From positions 6,844,234 through 6,908,233 of the forward strand of contig OZ316894.1 of the NCBI GenBank assembly GCA_973895155.1: a stretch of DNA of 64,000 bases, written 5' to 3'. This document shows positions 37,150 through 51,400 of this stretch, piece by piece; position 1 is the first letter of the stretch, and every line of letters starts with the position of its first letter. Source of the stretch: Marsupella aquatica. Its lineage: Eukaryota > Plantae > Marchantiophyta. The notes below the pieces were generated by a model. It ran no database searches. It saw nothing but the letters and a program-made list of their open reading frames with translations, and had not been told where the DNA came from. The translations under genes were made by a program, and so were the position numbers.

Positions 37150-38975
37150 GCATGAAAGATGCCGAGGTGATAAAAAGATGTCGAGTGTTGCATGAAAGAT
37201 GCCGAGGTGATAAAAAGATGTCGAGGTGATAAAAAGATGTCAAGGTGATAATAAGATGTCAAGTGATAAAAAATGTTGAGGTGATAAAAAGATGTCGAGT
37301 GATACAAAGATGTCGAGTGATACAAAGATGTCAAGGTGATAATAAGATGTCAAGTGATAAAAAGATGTCGAGGTGATACAAAGATGTTGAGGTGACACAA
37401 AGATGTCAAGGTCATAAAAAAATGTTGATGTGAGAAAAATATTGAGGTGAGCAAAAGATGTTGAAATGAGCAAAGGATGTTCATGAGAGAAAAGATGAGG
37501 AGAGATAGAAAAATTTTGAGATAAAAAAATGTATGTTTAGGCGAGGCACAAATGTCAAGGTGATAAAAAATGTCAGGGGATAGAGTAAACATGACGAAGA
37601 TGAAATACATAAGATGTACTTAATTATACAAACATGAGTACATGTTGAATACATTTAATACAATGCTCATGCAAACTTTATTCATGTTCAATAAAAAACT
37701 TCATCATATATAACATTTTTGGTCAACCTTGCAAGACTCTCCTCGAAATCTAGAAGCAAAACCTTAATGTCTGTGCGTTGCACAAAAGATGTCGAAGTGA
37801 AGGAAAGATGTCAAGGTGAGGACAAAATGTTGAAGGGAGCAAACAATGTCAAGGAGAGGGAAAGATGTCAAGGTGACACAAAGATGTCGAGGCGATGCAA
37901 AGCAATGTAGGCGAACATTGCACAAAAGATTTCAAGGCAAGGAAAAGATGTGAAGGCAAAGTCAAGGTGAGGAAAGTATGTTGAGGGAAGAAACAATGTT
38001 GAGCTGAGGAAAAGATGTCAAGGCGAGGAAAAAATTTCAACTAAAGAGAGACAAAGATGTGAACGCAACGCAAATGAATTTGGGCGAGCTCATTCTCCTT
38101 GCATTGCACCAAAAAAATTGTTGTGCAAAAGATGTCATTGTTAAAAATATTGTTGTGCTAAGGATCATATGCACAAAAGATGTCCTTGTGGAAACAATAT
38201 TGTTAACAAAAGAGGTGATGAAGAAAAAATGTCATTATGAAAAAGAAATTGTTGTGTATATAAATGATGTTGTTGCATTTAGGGTTTCATTGCATAAAAT
38301 GTGTCTTGGTTGTAAAAGATTTAGTTTTGTTGATTAAAAATGTTTATCGTCACCAATCTCTCATCCCATGCTCTCACCAAGCATGGTCTCACAGAGGGAG
38401 AGTTTTTGTTTTAATTTTAATTTCAATTTTTGGTGTGCAAAAAAATATTAAACTATTAATCCCCATATTATTTTACTTCTCATCTTTTCCCCACTTTTTA
38501 CTACTTTACTCCATTTATTACATTTTTCCCTTCTTTACTTGTTTTTCAATACTGCCCCCGACACCCCCTCCTCTTCCTTTTTCCTTGAGGCCAACCGAGA
38601 GGCCAACTTAACCAAGAGTCCAACTTCTCTATATCCTTATGGTGCATAGTGTGGTATAATCTGGAGAGTGTATGAGAAACCAAAAATACGCTCTAATTAG
38701 CCCCATAATTACTGTACTTTCAAGTACAATTGCCCACAAGTGTAGAACATTAAATGGTCAACATTAAATGGTCAAGTGTGCCTTGGAAGTAGTACCTTGG
38801 CCTTAGGTACCTTTGCAAGGGAAATAAAACTGAGGGGAGACATATGGATGATTCTGGTATATCTAATGGTCATTAAAAATTGTCTTTTCAACCATGATCT
38901 AAATTTGTTCTCGCCTTTTTAGATTTTTGTAAGCAGACGAAGCCCAGATATGGGCGGGATTACATATTATAGTAA
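37150..38975 (-). mobile_element. Non-autonomous TE-like element with ~19-20-bp minisatellite arrays; related to 17215-18520
   Basis: Array aaagatgtc(g/a)aggtgata at 37150-37460 and degenerate copies at 37785-38060. Terminal segment shared, inverted, with 17216-17285. Confidence 0.6.
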
Positions 38976-40640
38976 CTTGATGTAGACGCTATCCATCCAG
39001 TCACTGGCAACTGCGCAGTATCAAAATTCAAGATACCTCGTCCGCAAATAAAACATAAGGAAATCTTCGACCTGCCCCCATAGTCACCTTTTTTCTTATC
39101 TGGAGCTTACGTTAGTTTTTACGTTACTGAGAAGCACAAGGAACCGAAAGAAAGTGTTGTCCTGCTATTCAGAGGAATGGCCCCGTGGTGGAGGACAAAA
39201 AGCCAGAGTGTCCATCGATACAAAAACAAGTGTTAGGCCAACACATCATTCCAATAAATCCGGATGAGGGGACAAAACGTTGGTTCACCGAAGCAGAGTC
39301 AAGCACAGTTGATTCATGACCTCTACCTCAGTGTCCCGCATAGTCTGGAGAAGATGATTGTGCTCATCTGGTCAAAAGATCATACATACGGTCCTTTTCA
39401 CGTATATAGCATGTTCATCGCTTTAGTATGTTGTCCTGTAGGAAATTGAAAAGGACAATTGCTGTATACCACGTGAGTTTAGAGAACGAATGTTTTCTAA
39501 AGATATCCAATTAGATCTATCAATGCTAGGTGACGAAACAAGGGCGAGCTCCGTCAGTGGACAATTAATTCTGCCTGTGAACGAAACAATTAAAAGATAA
39601 CTTTAGTGTTACGGTCTCTATTCACTCGATCGTGAACTCATGATAGTCTTCCAAAAGGGGCTAGGTTCAATGACGAGCCTACTCAACAGTTCAGTCATTT
39701 TTTATTGAGAGGGTTATGTGTGCTCCTCTGTGTCAATTTGGAATTGATTAATAAATGAATATGGGCAAGGAAAAAGTTCCAAACTAATTTAAAGGGGTTA
39801 CTTGAAACATAAGTTAAAAACTTAGCAGGTTTCTCAATAAGGGAATGATTTCCTGCCCCCTGTCCTCGCCACTTTTGTTTGGGGTCGTTCCTTGGTGCTA
39901 CAGGAGCTCATCAGGTACACGTGCTCCTGATGAGCCGTTCCCCGAACTGTATACATTGGTGTACCAGGGTGTACCTGCGCTCCTCACATGTTATATGGGC
40001 TACGTGAACTGTAATTCAGCTTCTCTTTGAAAACAGAGACAGCCTTCGCCCAACCGAATGGTTCGAGCTTCTCTCGATGTTCGTTCACTCTGTCTGTTGA
40101 GTATATACTAAAGCTGACTGCTTGGAGGTGGGCTTGGAGCCAAGCGCTCTATGCTTCTGTGCGTCCGTTCGTCAGTGGAATGATACTGGTACCGGTCTGA
40201 TGTTTCTCTGACCTCACCGATTTCATTCAGCTCGTTATTGTAGTTCTTTTCGCTTCAGTGGCAGCTCTCCAACGTTCTCGTTCACCTTGGCTTCGGTAAT
40301 GGTGCCTTCTGGATTTTGTCCTTCCTTGTGGGCTACTAACTCCCTCCGCGCACTATTCTGATATCCTCGTTTGTGATCGGGCTTGCACGGGAAATGCTAA
40401 GTCAAGATTTGGTTGGTTGGCTGGAGATAGATTGGACACTTTGATGGATTGGCCGAATCTTATACTCAAAACTGCTCGAAGTGAAATAGTTTACTAGCTA
40501 GCTGCTAACTGCTTTTGGATATACAACTAGCAGATTACGATTGAAGCGCTTATTTTCTAAGCCCGGCCACGCCAAGCTTTCAAGCCAGCAGCAGTTCGAG
40601 CCTAGAACTAAGGGAACAATAACCGAGGGGCTTTTCGACG

Positions 40641-43600
40641 ATGGACAGGAAAGGGAACGTGGCATGGACTGCCGAAAGTGCTGTCAATGAAGTTTTTGTC
40701 GACGACCAAGCTAATTATCCCCAGTTGCTCGATAAGACATTATCGCAACGGGAGGTGGAGCGAGCTCGCAGTGCTGTCAATATTGCCATGCCATGGATTG
40801 TTTGGCCAGTGTTCGTTGTCTCAATCGTTGTGGGCGCATCGTCTGCTCCGGTAAGCTTCCCTCGTAATGAACTTGGAAGCCAGGCCCCTACTTCTTATAG
40901 CGTAGCGCTCTCGTAGGCAATCATTCTGTCTGTTACCGTATTTTTGAATTGCACAACAAATTGTTTCTCGAAAACTTCCTGGAGCCCAGAATCTAGAGAC
41001 GATTGACGTTTGGAACTTTTACTTTAGCTACAATTATGAACTGGACGTCTATCTGTCAGAACCTGAAACTGTTTTCCTTGTGAACTTCGTCAGAGGCACG
41101 ATATGTGAGTTGCCTGTGAGCAATCCGGAGCTGACGTGAACGAAACGTCTGAGCCATATCGTGATTTCATATTCGTTCGAAGTATGGGGGTGTCTGGTAA
41201 CAACAGCATGTAGGAGGAATTTGCTTGACGCAATTCGAGGTCTAGCAAATAATTCTTACATGCATGCTAGCCGTGAATGCAGCTAAATATCGCTCACAAA
41301 CGAGGGCTCTCTCATACTTTGTGAACTCTTCCACTGTCGAGGATCCCCCTATGCTCTTCTGATACAAGCGCAGGTGCAGTCCGATCAGAGAGGAATACCG
41401 TTTTGGGCACGGTTACATTAGGTCCGATTCAAGTGAAAACTTTTGTGATTCGAAGCCCTAGTAGCGACTCTGGTTAGACTGTGATCACCGGACTCGAACG
41501 GCGTGATCGAGGATGTTATTGGCGTTGGGATGATAAATTAACGAAGATATGTCACCAATAGCCGTTTACTGATTCAACTGGCTTAAGCCGAGTTGGCGAT
41601 CATATGTCTATCATCCTAAGATCACAAGATCTAGTTGTGTCCGTCCATGTTCATGATCCCTAACGAAACGTATCCTGGGCAGCTATACGTTTATGAGATT
41701 CCCGACCTCGAATTCCGGATTGAATGTTGCGAATCGTCTCATGTACACCAGAAAAATATACTTTTTGTTTCCTCCCTCTTGATATGAGCGACTTGAGGAG
41801 AACTTCTGTTCGGTGAAATGCTTTTTTCAATTCGTGAATATATATATATATATATATATTTCGATTCTTGATATTTATGTGTTGGTCATGTAATCAAAGT
41901 TGCTTGTGAAGAGTTGTCTTAGATTCGATAAGCGACATGACTTCCGTGCTAATGTTAGATTTTCCCTTCCATGTGAATTGAACGCAGGTAATTCTGGCCT
42001 TGAAAAGAGCAGCACCCGTTTCCTTGGCTGGTTGGAGGCATCAAGTTTCAGCTCTAGCTATGTTGCCATTTTTTATTTTCGAGTGGAGGAATCTACAGAA
42101 ATCTGATCGCGCAAAAGCTCGCAACACCCAGAGTCTTGGCTTATATCTCCTTTCTTCTGTCTTTTTGTCGGCCCACTTCGCTTTTTATGTAAGATCAACA
42201 TATGTCCCTCTCCACTCTTCCCTTTGTCTCTCGCTCTCTTTACCTCTCTCACTTCATTAATAGAAATTGTACGCTCAATTTGCTTGAGGACCTGAGTCTA
42301 TGGTTCATCAGCAATCCAAATTATGATTTCAACGACAAACTGTCTCGTCGATAGTTTGAAGTTTAAGATTGACGCTCATAGGTAATACTTATTAAATGAA
42401 CTGTTCTATTCATAAACCTAGTCTTTCTAATTCAAGTCTTCAGACTCAAGTTTTAGGGAGACACGCACCTTCGCAACTTTCCATCCTTGGTGACCGAGGA
42501 ACTAATAATTAATTCACAGTTCTAGTAATGATTTCGTTCGGACACTTGCGAATTATTCTCAGTATTGTGTGTTTGGTAAATTCTAAGAAATTGTAATGAT
42601 TCAAGTTAGAGGATCAAGGAAGTTCACTAACTGAGACAAGCTTCGTATGTAATGGGGAATCTGGATAGTTACTGTGGAACTCTAGTGACGGGTTAACTGA
42701 TTGACAGTTTGAACGCAACATCTAATGTGCATTTCGGCCTCAACCAGCCTCAGCTGAGCCTAACATTTTAACTAGAGCCAACTCGCGCTGTTTGACGGCG
42801 TGATCTGAATAAGAAGTTGAAATAACACTGATATTTGGCAAGTCTTCGCTGTGATTTAGCTTTATTCATTCAACTTAATCTTCAACCACCATTTCGTTTC
42901 GTACAGCTCCTGTTTGATTAAACGATTACACTGGTTTGCCTATGGTTGCAGTTGTGGTCATTGGACCACACATCAATGATCCATACCCTGTTTCTCTGCT
43001 GTATGTCCCCGATTTTCGTGGCGATATACACAAAGCTTTCCGGAGGTGTTTTGATGACAGGGGAAGTGGTTGGGGTCAGCCTTGGCCTAATTGGTGTGGC
43101 TGTCCTGGCAACTGGGACGGAAGTTGAAAATGACACCCAATCTACTTATCTTGGAGACTGTGTCGCGGTCGTTGCCTCAGTCTGCATGGCTGGTTACCTC
43201 ATCGTCGGCAAAAAACTTCGAAGTAACCCACTTCTCCATACGAACGTCGTTACAAACTAAACCAAAAACTTTAAATATGAAAGTAATTGGATTTGTCATT
43301 TGGGGGCAATCTTTGTCCCAAGCGGTAGAGTCCTAGATAACTTCCACTTGAAAATAGAAGATATCAATGAGGGCTGTTGAATGAGGATTAACGTGCGACA
43401 CGACTGAAGAAACGTTTGAGTTCCAGGCTGGATGCCCCTTTTCGTCTATCAGTTCCCGGTGGCAGTCCTTGCCGCTGTCATGCTCGGAACGATAGGAGTA
43501 TTGTTTGAGGGATGGAACAATTCAGCCGTCGGTGATATCAGTGGACTATTTGGCTGGGTTAGAAAAGGTACAACTCTCCTTTCCTAATATGTTCATCATC

Positions 43601-45112
43601 TACTGTTTCCTCCCCATTGGTTTCCTGAGCGTTTTGCACTTGACGTGCAGCATCACAATATAGAATCTGTCTGTCATCTCCTCAGGAAATTAATGGAACT
43701 CATCGACTTCATTCAATTCAGCATATCACATTTTCAAATATTCAAATTGTTCCAGGGGAGGTCCTAATCTTGGATGTGTTTCCCGTTCATTGTCCTCACA
43801 ACAGAATACATTCTAGGAACTGTATTTCTTGGGATTGGCCCTGGCATCATTGGCCATGCAGGTTACAGTTTTGTTTTGCGGTATTCGTCACCGTTAGTGA
43901 TGCCCACAGGACTTTCTCTACAGCCACTCATAGGGTCTACACTTGGCTGGGCGGTGGGTGAATCTCCGATCCCAGGGTAAGATCGCAAGACAACGCGTAG
44001 TGCTGCTTTGGGAATACTATGCATTAGCAATAGATGGTCGGTTTTCTTTTGGGCAGATAGGCAAAGCAGTTTTTGTTCACCAAGCCCTGCCATCTATTAC
44101 AAACAACATCACTTTCCACTTTGCACCTCCGTTCCCCCGCTCACAAGTCTGTTGGATGCGGTTAGTTATTCGCTGATCGATTTATTTGGAGCATCTAGCA
44201 ACGTGATGACAGATATAGGCCCTGTTAGCGACATGCAGCGGTTGATTCTGATGGATGTAGGTCAATGTTCGCTCCGGTGAATGTAAAAATGGCGCTTGAC
44301 TGCATACGCTCGTCAACATCTCATGCAGTCTTAGAGTCGATTTGTACCCAACAAAGACATCAATGTGAACCTTTGGAGTCGAGTAGAATATGACGCAATG
44401 TAGGTCGGCAGTGGATTTGGAAACTAACATCCTTACGTACCTGGATTCATTTTACAGTGTCATGACAGTTTTGGGAGGTGCTGTGACCCTGGCTGGAACT
44501 CTGTTCGTAAGCTGTGCGAGTACGAAAAAGACGGTATTGATCAAATTAACCTTCTTCCCATCGTTTCGGTCCATATTTAATCCTGTTTTGGGAAGCTTCT
44601 CTGTTTATTCTACTTCCTGTTCTTTCCTTGGCCTTCACACCGGAGGATCGGAATCATGGATGGTGCACATGGGTCTTGTTGAATGGGCACTTCAAGCAAG
44701 AAAATTAGGGTCGAATGCAATTTTATGTAAGGAGGCGAGGGATAGTTCCTCCAAAGGTCGGCCCCAGTTTAGACCTGGAGTTCACTTCATAAAGTGCAGT
44801 TGTCGTGTGTGAATCGAATCTCTCTTCCAACCTCTCCAGACCAAGCTTCGGGTCCATTCTAAGCCCCTAGTGTGGCGACTGTGGACTACCTACAGTCGGG
44901 CCTACAGTGTACCAAGTCCCGGTTCTGCTTGTGTTTGACATTTAGACTAGGCTGTACCAATTTGATGTGCTCCTACAGCTGGACAACGTTGGATTGTTTT
45001 GTGGCAGGAGCAAGTACAAAACAAGGAAGAGGAATGTAAACAGCCGGCAACCGACGACGAAGAGGGGCAACAGGGAACAAAACCACTCTTGCAACCTTCG
45101 GACAGTCCATAA
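40641..45112 (+). CDS. EamA/DMT superfamily drug-metabolite transporter
   Basis: Exons 40641-40850, 41988-42188, 42952-43222, 43427-43567, 43805-43976, 44458-44533, 45008-45112 (GT-AG, phase-compatible; last exon less certain). Multiple TM helices; motifs LAGWR, LSAHFAFYLWSLDHTS, GDCVA, GPGIIGH..Y, LSLQPLIG. Confidence 0.85.
41837..41858. repeat. (AT)n microsatellite in intron 1 of the transporter gene
   Basis: atatatatatatatatatatat run. Confidence 0.9.
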
Positions 45113-48100
45113 GTACCTTTGTCTCCCAAAACAGAGCAATCAAAAGGGTGAGTCCGTCCATGTACTGCAACGCTCTCATGAAATTTATTGCAGTGGTGTA
45201 CTCGTTTTCGTTTTGGTTATGGCTATCTCATGGTCTGGTGTCTCACTTTCTTGTTGTGCTCTGTCTTTCAGCAGTTATTTGCCTCCATCCCTCCTATATG
45301 TGGCATTGGAGGGGAAAGCCTCCTCGATCATTCATAAACGTTTCTTCTGAGAATATAAATGTTGATTTAGCTACCGGTTGGAAATATGATCGGGATCTTT
45401 ACATCTGCGTGGAGCTGTAGGAAATTGAAAATGAATCAGATCAAGGGTGATTCAATAGGTTCCAAAGTAGATTGCTTTGATTGATTGGCCACGGTTGGCT
45501 TCGCACTACAACCAGTATACCTGGAGAGAGTCAAAGTAGTTGCTTTGATTGGTTGGGGCACTTTTGCTTCTTTGTTACTGGTGAAGCAATAGAGCTAGCA
45601 TACCTGAAAAACTTATAAAATAGGATTAGGAGTAGTTTGAGAGATTCATCACTCGATTTGATTTAATTCTTTTTCATCGTATTTGACTGGTTAAAATTGA
45701 TGATTGTCGGAATTGTTTCCACCAAAAGTAATTGAATGTCTAAAGAGCCCCAGATGTCGCTTTTGTGTAGTGCACGAGTTGATGAGACTTAAAGTGTGAA
45801 ACGGTTCCCTTGGCATCTGTTGACAAGGGTTGTTGACAGTAACTTAGCCTTTCATAGGAAGTTACTTGGATCTACGCTCCCAAGTGCCAAAGCATCATTT
45901 GGAGATCCCACTCGGATCAGCTCCACTACTCAGTTTGTCCTAGCTCCACTACACCGGTTATCCCGGCGCATTATCCGCTATTGTATTTAGTGATCACATT
46001 GATCGTTAGTTGTACTTTGTCTTTTCTATCGTAGATTGATCTGCCTTTCTCTTGTGACCATCGATCATTCTTGATCCGTATGTCTCACTGACATGTATTT
46101 ATGTGGGGCCCCTCTCTTCCCCTCGGCAGTCATTCTCGTATCAATATATCAGAAACTTACAAGGGTTTCTTCCAGATGGTTAAATTCAGAGACAAACTAA
46201 TCTTGCTTTGAATCATCATTTGTTTCTGGTTGTCGAGTATCAGAGGTGAATAAATGGCACGACAACACCCACTGGGAGCATGACTCTGATGTCCTGAAGA
46301 TTGCGATCCAGTCATATTAAATCTTATCTTGTCCAGTTTTGAAAACTGAATGTCTCCGGTTCAGAGATCAATGACATGTCAATAGAGTTCAGAGATTAAT
46401 CGAATGTGAACAGGGTCATCAAGAGTGACTCACCTTGCAGAAGAGGAAAAATGCAAGAGGTGGCAAAGCCTAATGCAGTGAAAACTCTGAAAGTAAAAAG
46501 TAAAAGGCACGTCCACATTTCAGTTGTGAAAATCTTCTTTCATTTGGAACTAGATGTGAGTGTTTGAAGAATATTTATTTGATTCATTGGTGACAAGTTT
46601 TCACAAAATAACTATAAAATAATTCGTGGATTCGTTCAGTTTCTCGCTCTGAACTGGGAGAGCCACACGCTGGGATGGGTTTACGTCTATACGCGACTTC
46701 GACACCTACAGTAGGGGAGCGCTTCGTCTTTGTTTGAGGAGTTTATTGAGGCCCGTTACTTGTGGCAGGATGACGGCAGACGACTACTGTAGATGCGTCC
46801 AGTAATGAACCCCACGGGGTCTTTGCGTCCATGCTCACAACATGATTGTCATGCCTCAAAAGCAAAAAGCAGAGGTGCTCCAGCATCGAAGGAAGGCTTT
46901 GCTCAAAAGAGAGTGAGGCTTTACCAATAAATCTGTGTACGGTGATCTGGACAGTTGGTTTTGGAAAATTCATTCAGTCAGTCAGCTCGTAAATCTGTAA
47001 ATTTTGTGTTCCCTGTTCCAAACTACTCCAGTGCCTTACTGTCCGAAAAGTAAGGAACTGAGAGTTATTTCATCCAGGAACTTCCTCGCCCCATTGATCA
47101 GCGAGGGAGGTGCATTCTGCTGAAGGGATCCTGTGATCCTGTCCTTATGTGATCAAGGTTGCAGCCCGCAGGAGATTGATCGCAGGAGTCGAGCGCTACA
47201 GGAATTGTAGTATAGATTGCCAACTTTAGTGCAGGCAAGTCTGGTCCGTCTCGTGGATGAGCTACAGCCCATAAATGCAAAAGCTGATTTTGTTGGGACA
47301 TTTACTTTCCCAGTTCCAAGTAGACCCTGCATCCTCTGTGCTGTAGCAGCAGTCGTTTGCTGCCCAATGACGCTGAGTGAGGGGCTGATTCCGTTGTGCA
47401 GGCGGGCGGGCAGGCAAGGCAGGCAGGCCTCCAAAGACGGGAGTACCCGCGGGAATGCTGTGCGATTCGTGACCGCATGTGATTCCCGGGGTCCCTCTCC
47501 CAGTCCATGATTTCCGTCCTGCGCGTGTTATTGTACTGGGTCGCGTAACGACGACGAGGTGGGAAGGTTACGAGGCTGCATTGTGTTTGTGAGGTGTGTT
47601 TCTCTGTACTCGGTCGTTTTCGGGAAGACTATTGGAGGTGTCTCCCTTGTTCGGATCAATTCTGAAACAGTGTAGTGTTGCTCTTGCCGTGTGGTCCCCT
47701 GTCCGCTTCTTCCTCCTCTCCCTTTTCGGAGGCATTGGATCGGAGAGGCATTTTGTGAGAGGAGCCGAGCCGCCTTTCCTTTGCTCACCTCTCCTCCTGC
47801 TCTGCTGTTCACTGGCTGGGGAAGATCCGAAGCTTTGAGAAGTGGGAGAAGAGGTGTGTTTCAGGTTGGTGTAGTGGACCGGTTTTACCATTCTGTGTTT
47901 GTCTCTGTCTTCTCTTTTCCGGGCATTCTCTCTCATTGAGAAGATCGGTTCCAATCCGATCCTCCGATACTTTCCGTGAGATGGTACCCGCGATTGTAAT
48001 GTAGTCGGCCGCCTCTTCTTCAGTTACTCTGTGCCAGTTTCTCATTTGCGACTTTATTTTCTAGCCTGGATCGGGACTTTAGAACTCATTAATTAGCATG

Positions 48101-48406
48101 CGACATGAGCTGACCGATTGGAAAATTATGCGACGTGATAAGAAGATGATGAGTGGGTGAAGCCGGTTCAGCGGTCCTTCGTCTCGTTTTCGATTTCTCT
48201 GGTTTTTAAGTGAATTTCCGCATTAGAGAGGACAAATATGCCATTCATTAGACTTTGTTGAGCTGAAGGATGGACTGATCGACTTGTCATTTGGATGCTA
48301 AGAATTGGACGGCATTGTGTGGAAATGGGGCAGGCAATCCGTACAAGTGCATACTTGACGAGGCAGGAAGAGAGTTGAAAAAACTTGCCCAGGAGGGAGT
48401 GCGATA

Positions 48407-51400
48407 ATGACTGTCACTGACGTGCACGGCAATGCTGATCTCAAGACCAATGGGAATGGCGAAAGCATAGGTGTGCGGCCCTCCATCACTCTCTGTAGTT
48501 GTACATTTAAGGCCATCGATCCTAGAGCTATGACAGGTATCATGTCTTTCTGGCTATGAATGTCTTGGGACCACAAAGGCATAACTGGGTGATTGGACGA
48601 TCGATGCAGGCCCTGAGTTGATTCCGACGGAAATTCTCTTCGGTTACCAGCAGGAACAACCAAGGCTTTCTTCGGATGGGAAATTCTTGGCCTACTTGGC
48701 TCCGTCCCCGGATCAGGTTTCAAATGTTGTAAGTACTTTCTCCTTGAGACGTAGCGTCTTCGGTGGTGATGGCAGCATTGTGAAGCTTGGGATAGCAGAA
48801 GGTCTAAACTGGCGGAACCAGTTGGTTGCCATTGCCTGGTGGCATCGGATATTTGTGAATGCAGAGTTCATGTCGACCGGGATGGTGTCAGTTTTTGATT
48901 TGGCATTTTAGTCGCGGGATCTTTGCAATCCCAAATTAATACGAGCTCAATTTTCCATTGATGGATACTGACCAATTTTTAATTTTGTTCTAATTTGGTT
49001 CCTATGGTCTCTCTTGCTCTGGAAATGTTAATTTAAATATATCTCTTCTAACAGTGCTTTCATGTGTGGCAGTTTGTTCGACCTCTCGAAGGAAAGCATG
49101 AGGAGGCGAAACAAGTCACCAAGGAAACTCACCGAGGGGTATTGTTTCATTTACTCCGCGTCGTTCTCCACTGATTTGTGTTTGCTCTTGCTTTCCGTTC
49201 AATGTCATTCGTTGTAACTTTACTGTAAGCGGTTCCTTTGCATCCGGTCTCGGATACGATGACATGAATTGCATTTCGTTGTCAACATAAACTGAACGCT
49301 TTTTTCATTAATTGTTGTTCAGATTCGCTGGTTCTTATGGAGTCCGTCTGGAGAGTACATCATTTACAAACAAGATAATGGAGGTTGTTAGTTTTTCCTC
49401 GATAATGATCAATTGCTTTCCCTTCACCTGACTATACGTCTGTACTTAAATGGTCACCCCAGTAAATCTTTATGATTGCCCTCTCTATTTCACCCTAAAC
49501 TGAGAAGTTGGCAAGGGTGCATTTCAAAACTTGAACACGTTCATCTCTCTGTGTCAGAGATAGTGGCAGTGAATAGTTAGGGCGATTGTTGAGTCCAAAG
49601 TCTTGACCCCGAACTGAGACGATGACTGAAAAGGGTTGTCCTGAATTGCAGGTAATGAGGACTTTCATCATTTTGCAGTGGAACTCTCTACTGGAAGTAT
49701 CAGGGATTTGACTCCTCATCACAACCTTCACTCAAGATTATTACCCAGCAGTATCAGTGGACTACATCCCTATGAGATGTTCTTTCTCATGAACATCGAG
49801 GACAAGAGTGACTTGGATGTGGTAAATGGCCGTCTTCCAAGAACATACAGATTATCAAGGAATAAAGAACATCAAGTACTTCGTTTTTATATATGTAACT
49901 GCTTTAATTTTGGAATAGTTTTAGCTGCCGTTTGGAGTGTTATATTATCTGAGATGGCTGTGCGTGTTGCCTTCTTACTAAATTCTTGGTAGATGTTTCC
50001 GACAATTTGAAAACCTCCGAACTCTAGATACTTGCTGATAGTTGTTATCTGCAGTATAAAATCAACATCAAAACAGGGGAGACTGTTCTGGATACCAAGA
50101 ATCCTGGAGATGTCCAGGAATGGCTATGTGATAGCAACTTTCACATTCGTGCTGCTCTTCACTTTCATCTGTCAGATGGTAGCTATACCATCCGTGTTCG
50201 AGACACAGTTGATTCAGAGTGGAGAGATGTCCTGAAATGGTCAAAAGAAGAATTCGGATCCCTGGTGCGAAACAGTTTTCTTGATGCAATCAATTGTTGA
50301 CATTGTAATGTTGGTCAATATGTTGTAAATATCTTTTGTGTATAATGATAAATGCAACTCGCGCTGGCGTCCCATGGCTTGATTGGGCTCCCTGTGCAGT
50401 CTGAATTTAAGTATGCATTCAATGATTCTACTGAGGAGCGTCGATTGAATTGGGTCACATGAAAGTATGCTTATGCTGATCAGTTTGCTGACTCAATTTC
50501 GTACTGTGCTATCCAGTTTGGATTTGCGAGCGACCCCAAAAAGCTGTATATTATGTCTTCTCTAAATTCCCCAACGAACCGATTGATTCTGGTACAATTA
50601 CCTTCTCTACGTCAATTCCAAGATTCGAAGTTGCTGTTGAAAGTACTTGATGGATTTACCATGCGATGCTTTTTTTCTCCTAAGATGTAGTGTCTGGGAG
50701 GCTGATTTAAGCTGGCGTACTTGAGCCCTTACCAAGAGTCCGTCTTAGTTGACTGTTACCTGTAATTTGCGCTCTATGAGAATGAATGGGCTTGAAGTGT
50801 CTAATTATAAGAATTCTTAGGAGGAAATTCGTAATCTATTGATCATAATCCTGAAGTGTAATTTTCTTTCTTTGTACTGGGTCTATGAGCAGATGAACAC
50901 CGAGGATGGTTCCTTTGAAAGAGTCATTGCATCAGATCCCAAGAGTGATTTTATGGGCTTCAGGGGTGATCCATCCAAAGTTCTCTTCATGGACTTCAAA
51001 ACAAAGGAATTTCTTGCTGTTGGATTCATCTATGACAAGCTGAAATGGACTGTTCTTGACAAGAGGTAAGATTTGTGAGTGTCGAATGTCACAGCCCGTA
51101 ATGTGACAGTTTTTATAGCGGGTGATCTATAGGGTGCCCTGTGGCTCATACCACCTCGCATAAAGAGGTAATTCAATTTGATGGATGATAACCTCTGGCG
51201 TGGCTGAAGATTGAAGGAGATAGATCCGTCGTGAACTCCCATGTACAGTGGCTCGGATATATCTTACCTGGTTCTAAGTAGGAACTGAAGCGACAATGTG
51301 GGAATAGCTTCGCACCTAAGCAGGATAAAAGAGCTGGTGTCCAAGATCTCAACCTATATTGCTCCTTCGTTCTCAAGCTCAAGTCGAGAAATAGTCAGAT

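Noticed and set aside
37035-38611. ORFs with repetitive His/Leu/Asp/Ile content
   Set aside because: Translations of the 19-20-bp minisatellite and AT-rich TE sequence.
39900-39960. Hairpin GCTCATCAGG-N10-CCTGATGAGC containing CTGATGA, suggestive of a hammerhead ribozyme or snoRNA box
   Set aside because: No GAAA core after a stem II and no stem I/III or matching D-box arrangement. A 10-bp inverted repeat alone is not diagnostic.
46743-47954. Overlapping ORFs on both strands, one with transit-peptide-like composition
   Set aside because: Could not be joined into a coherent spliced CDS. Consistent with GC-richer promoter/5' UTR sequence of the peptidase gene.
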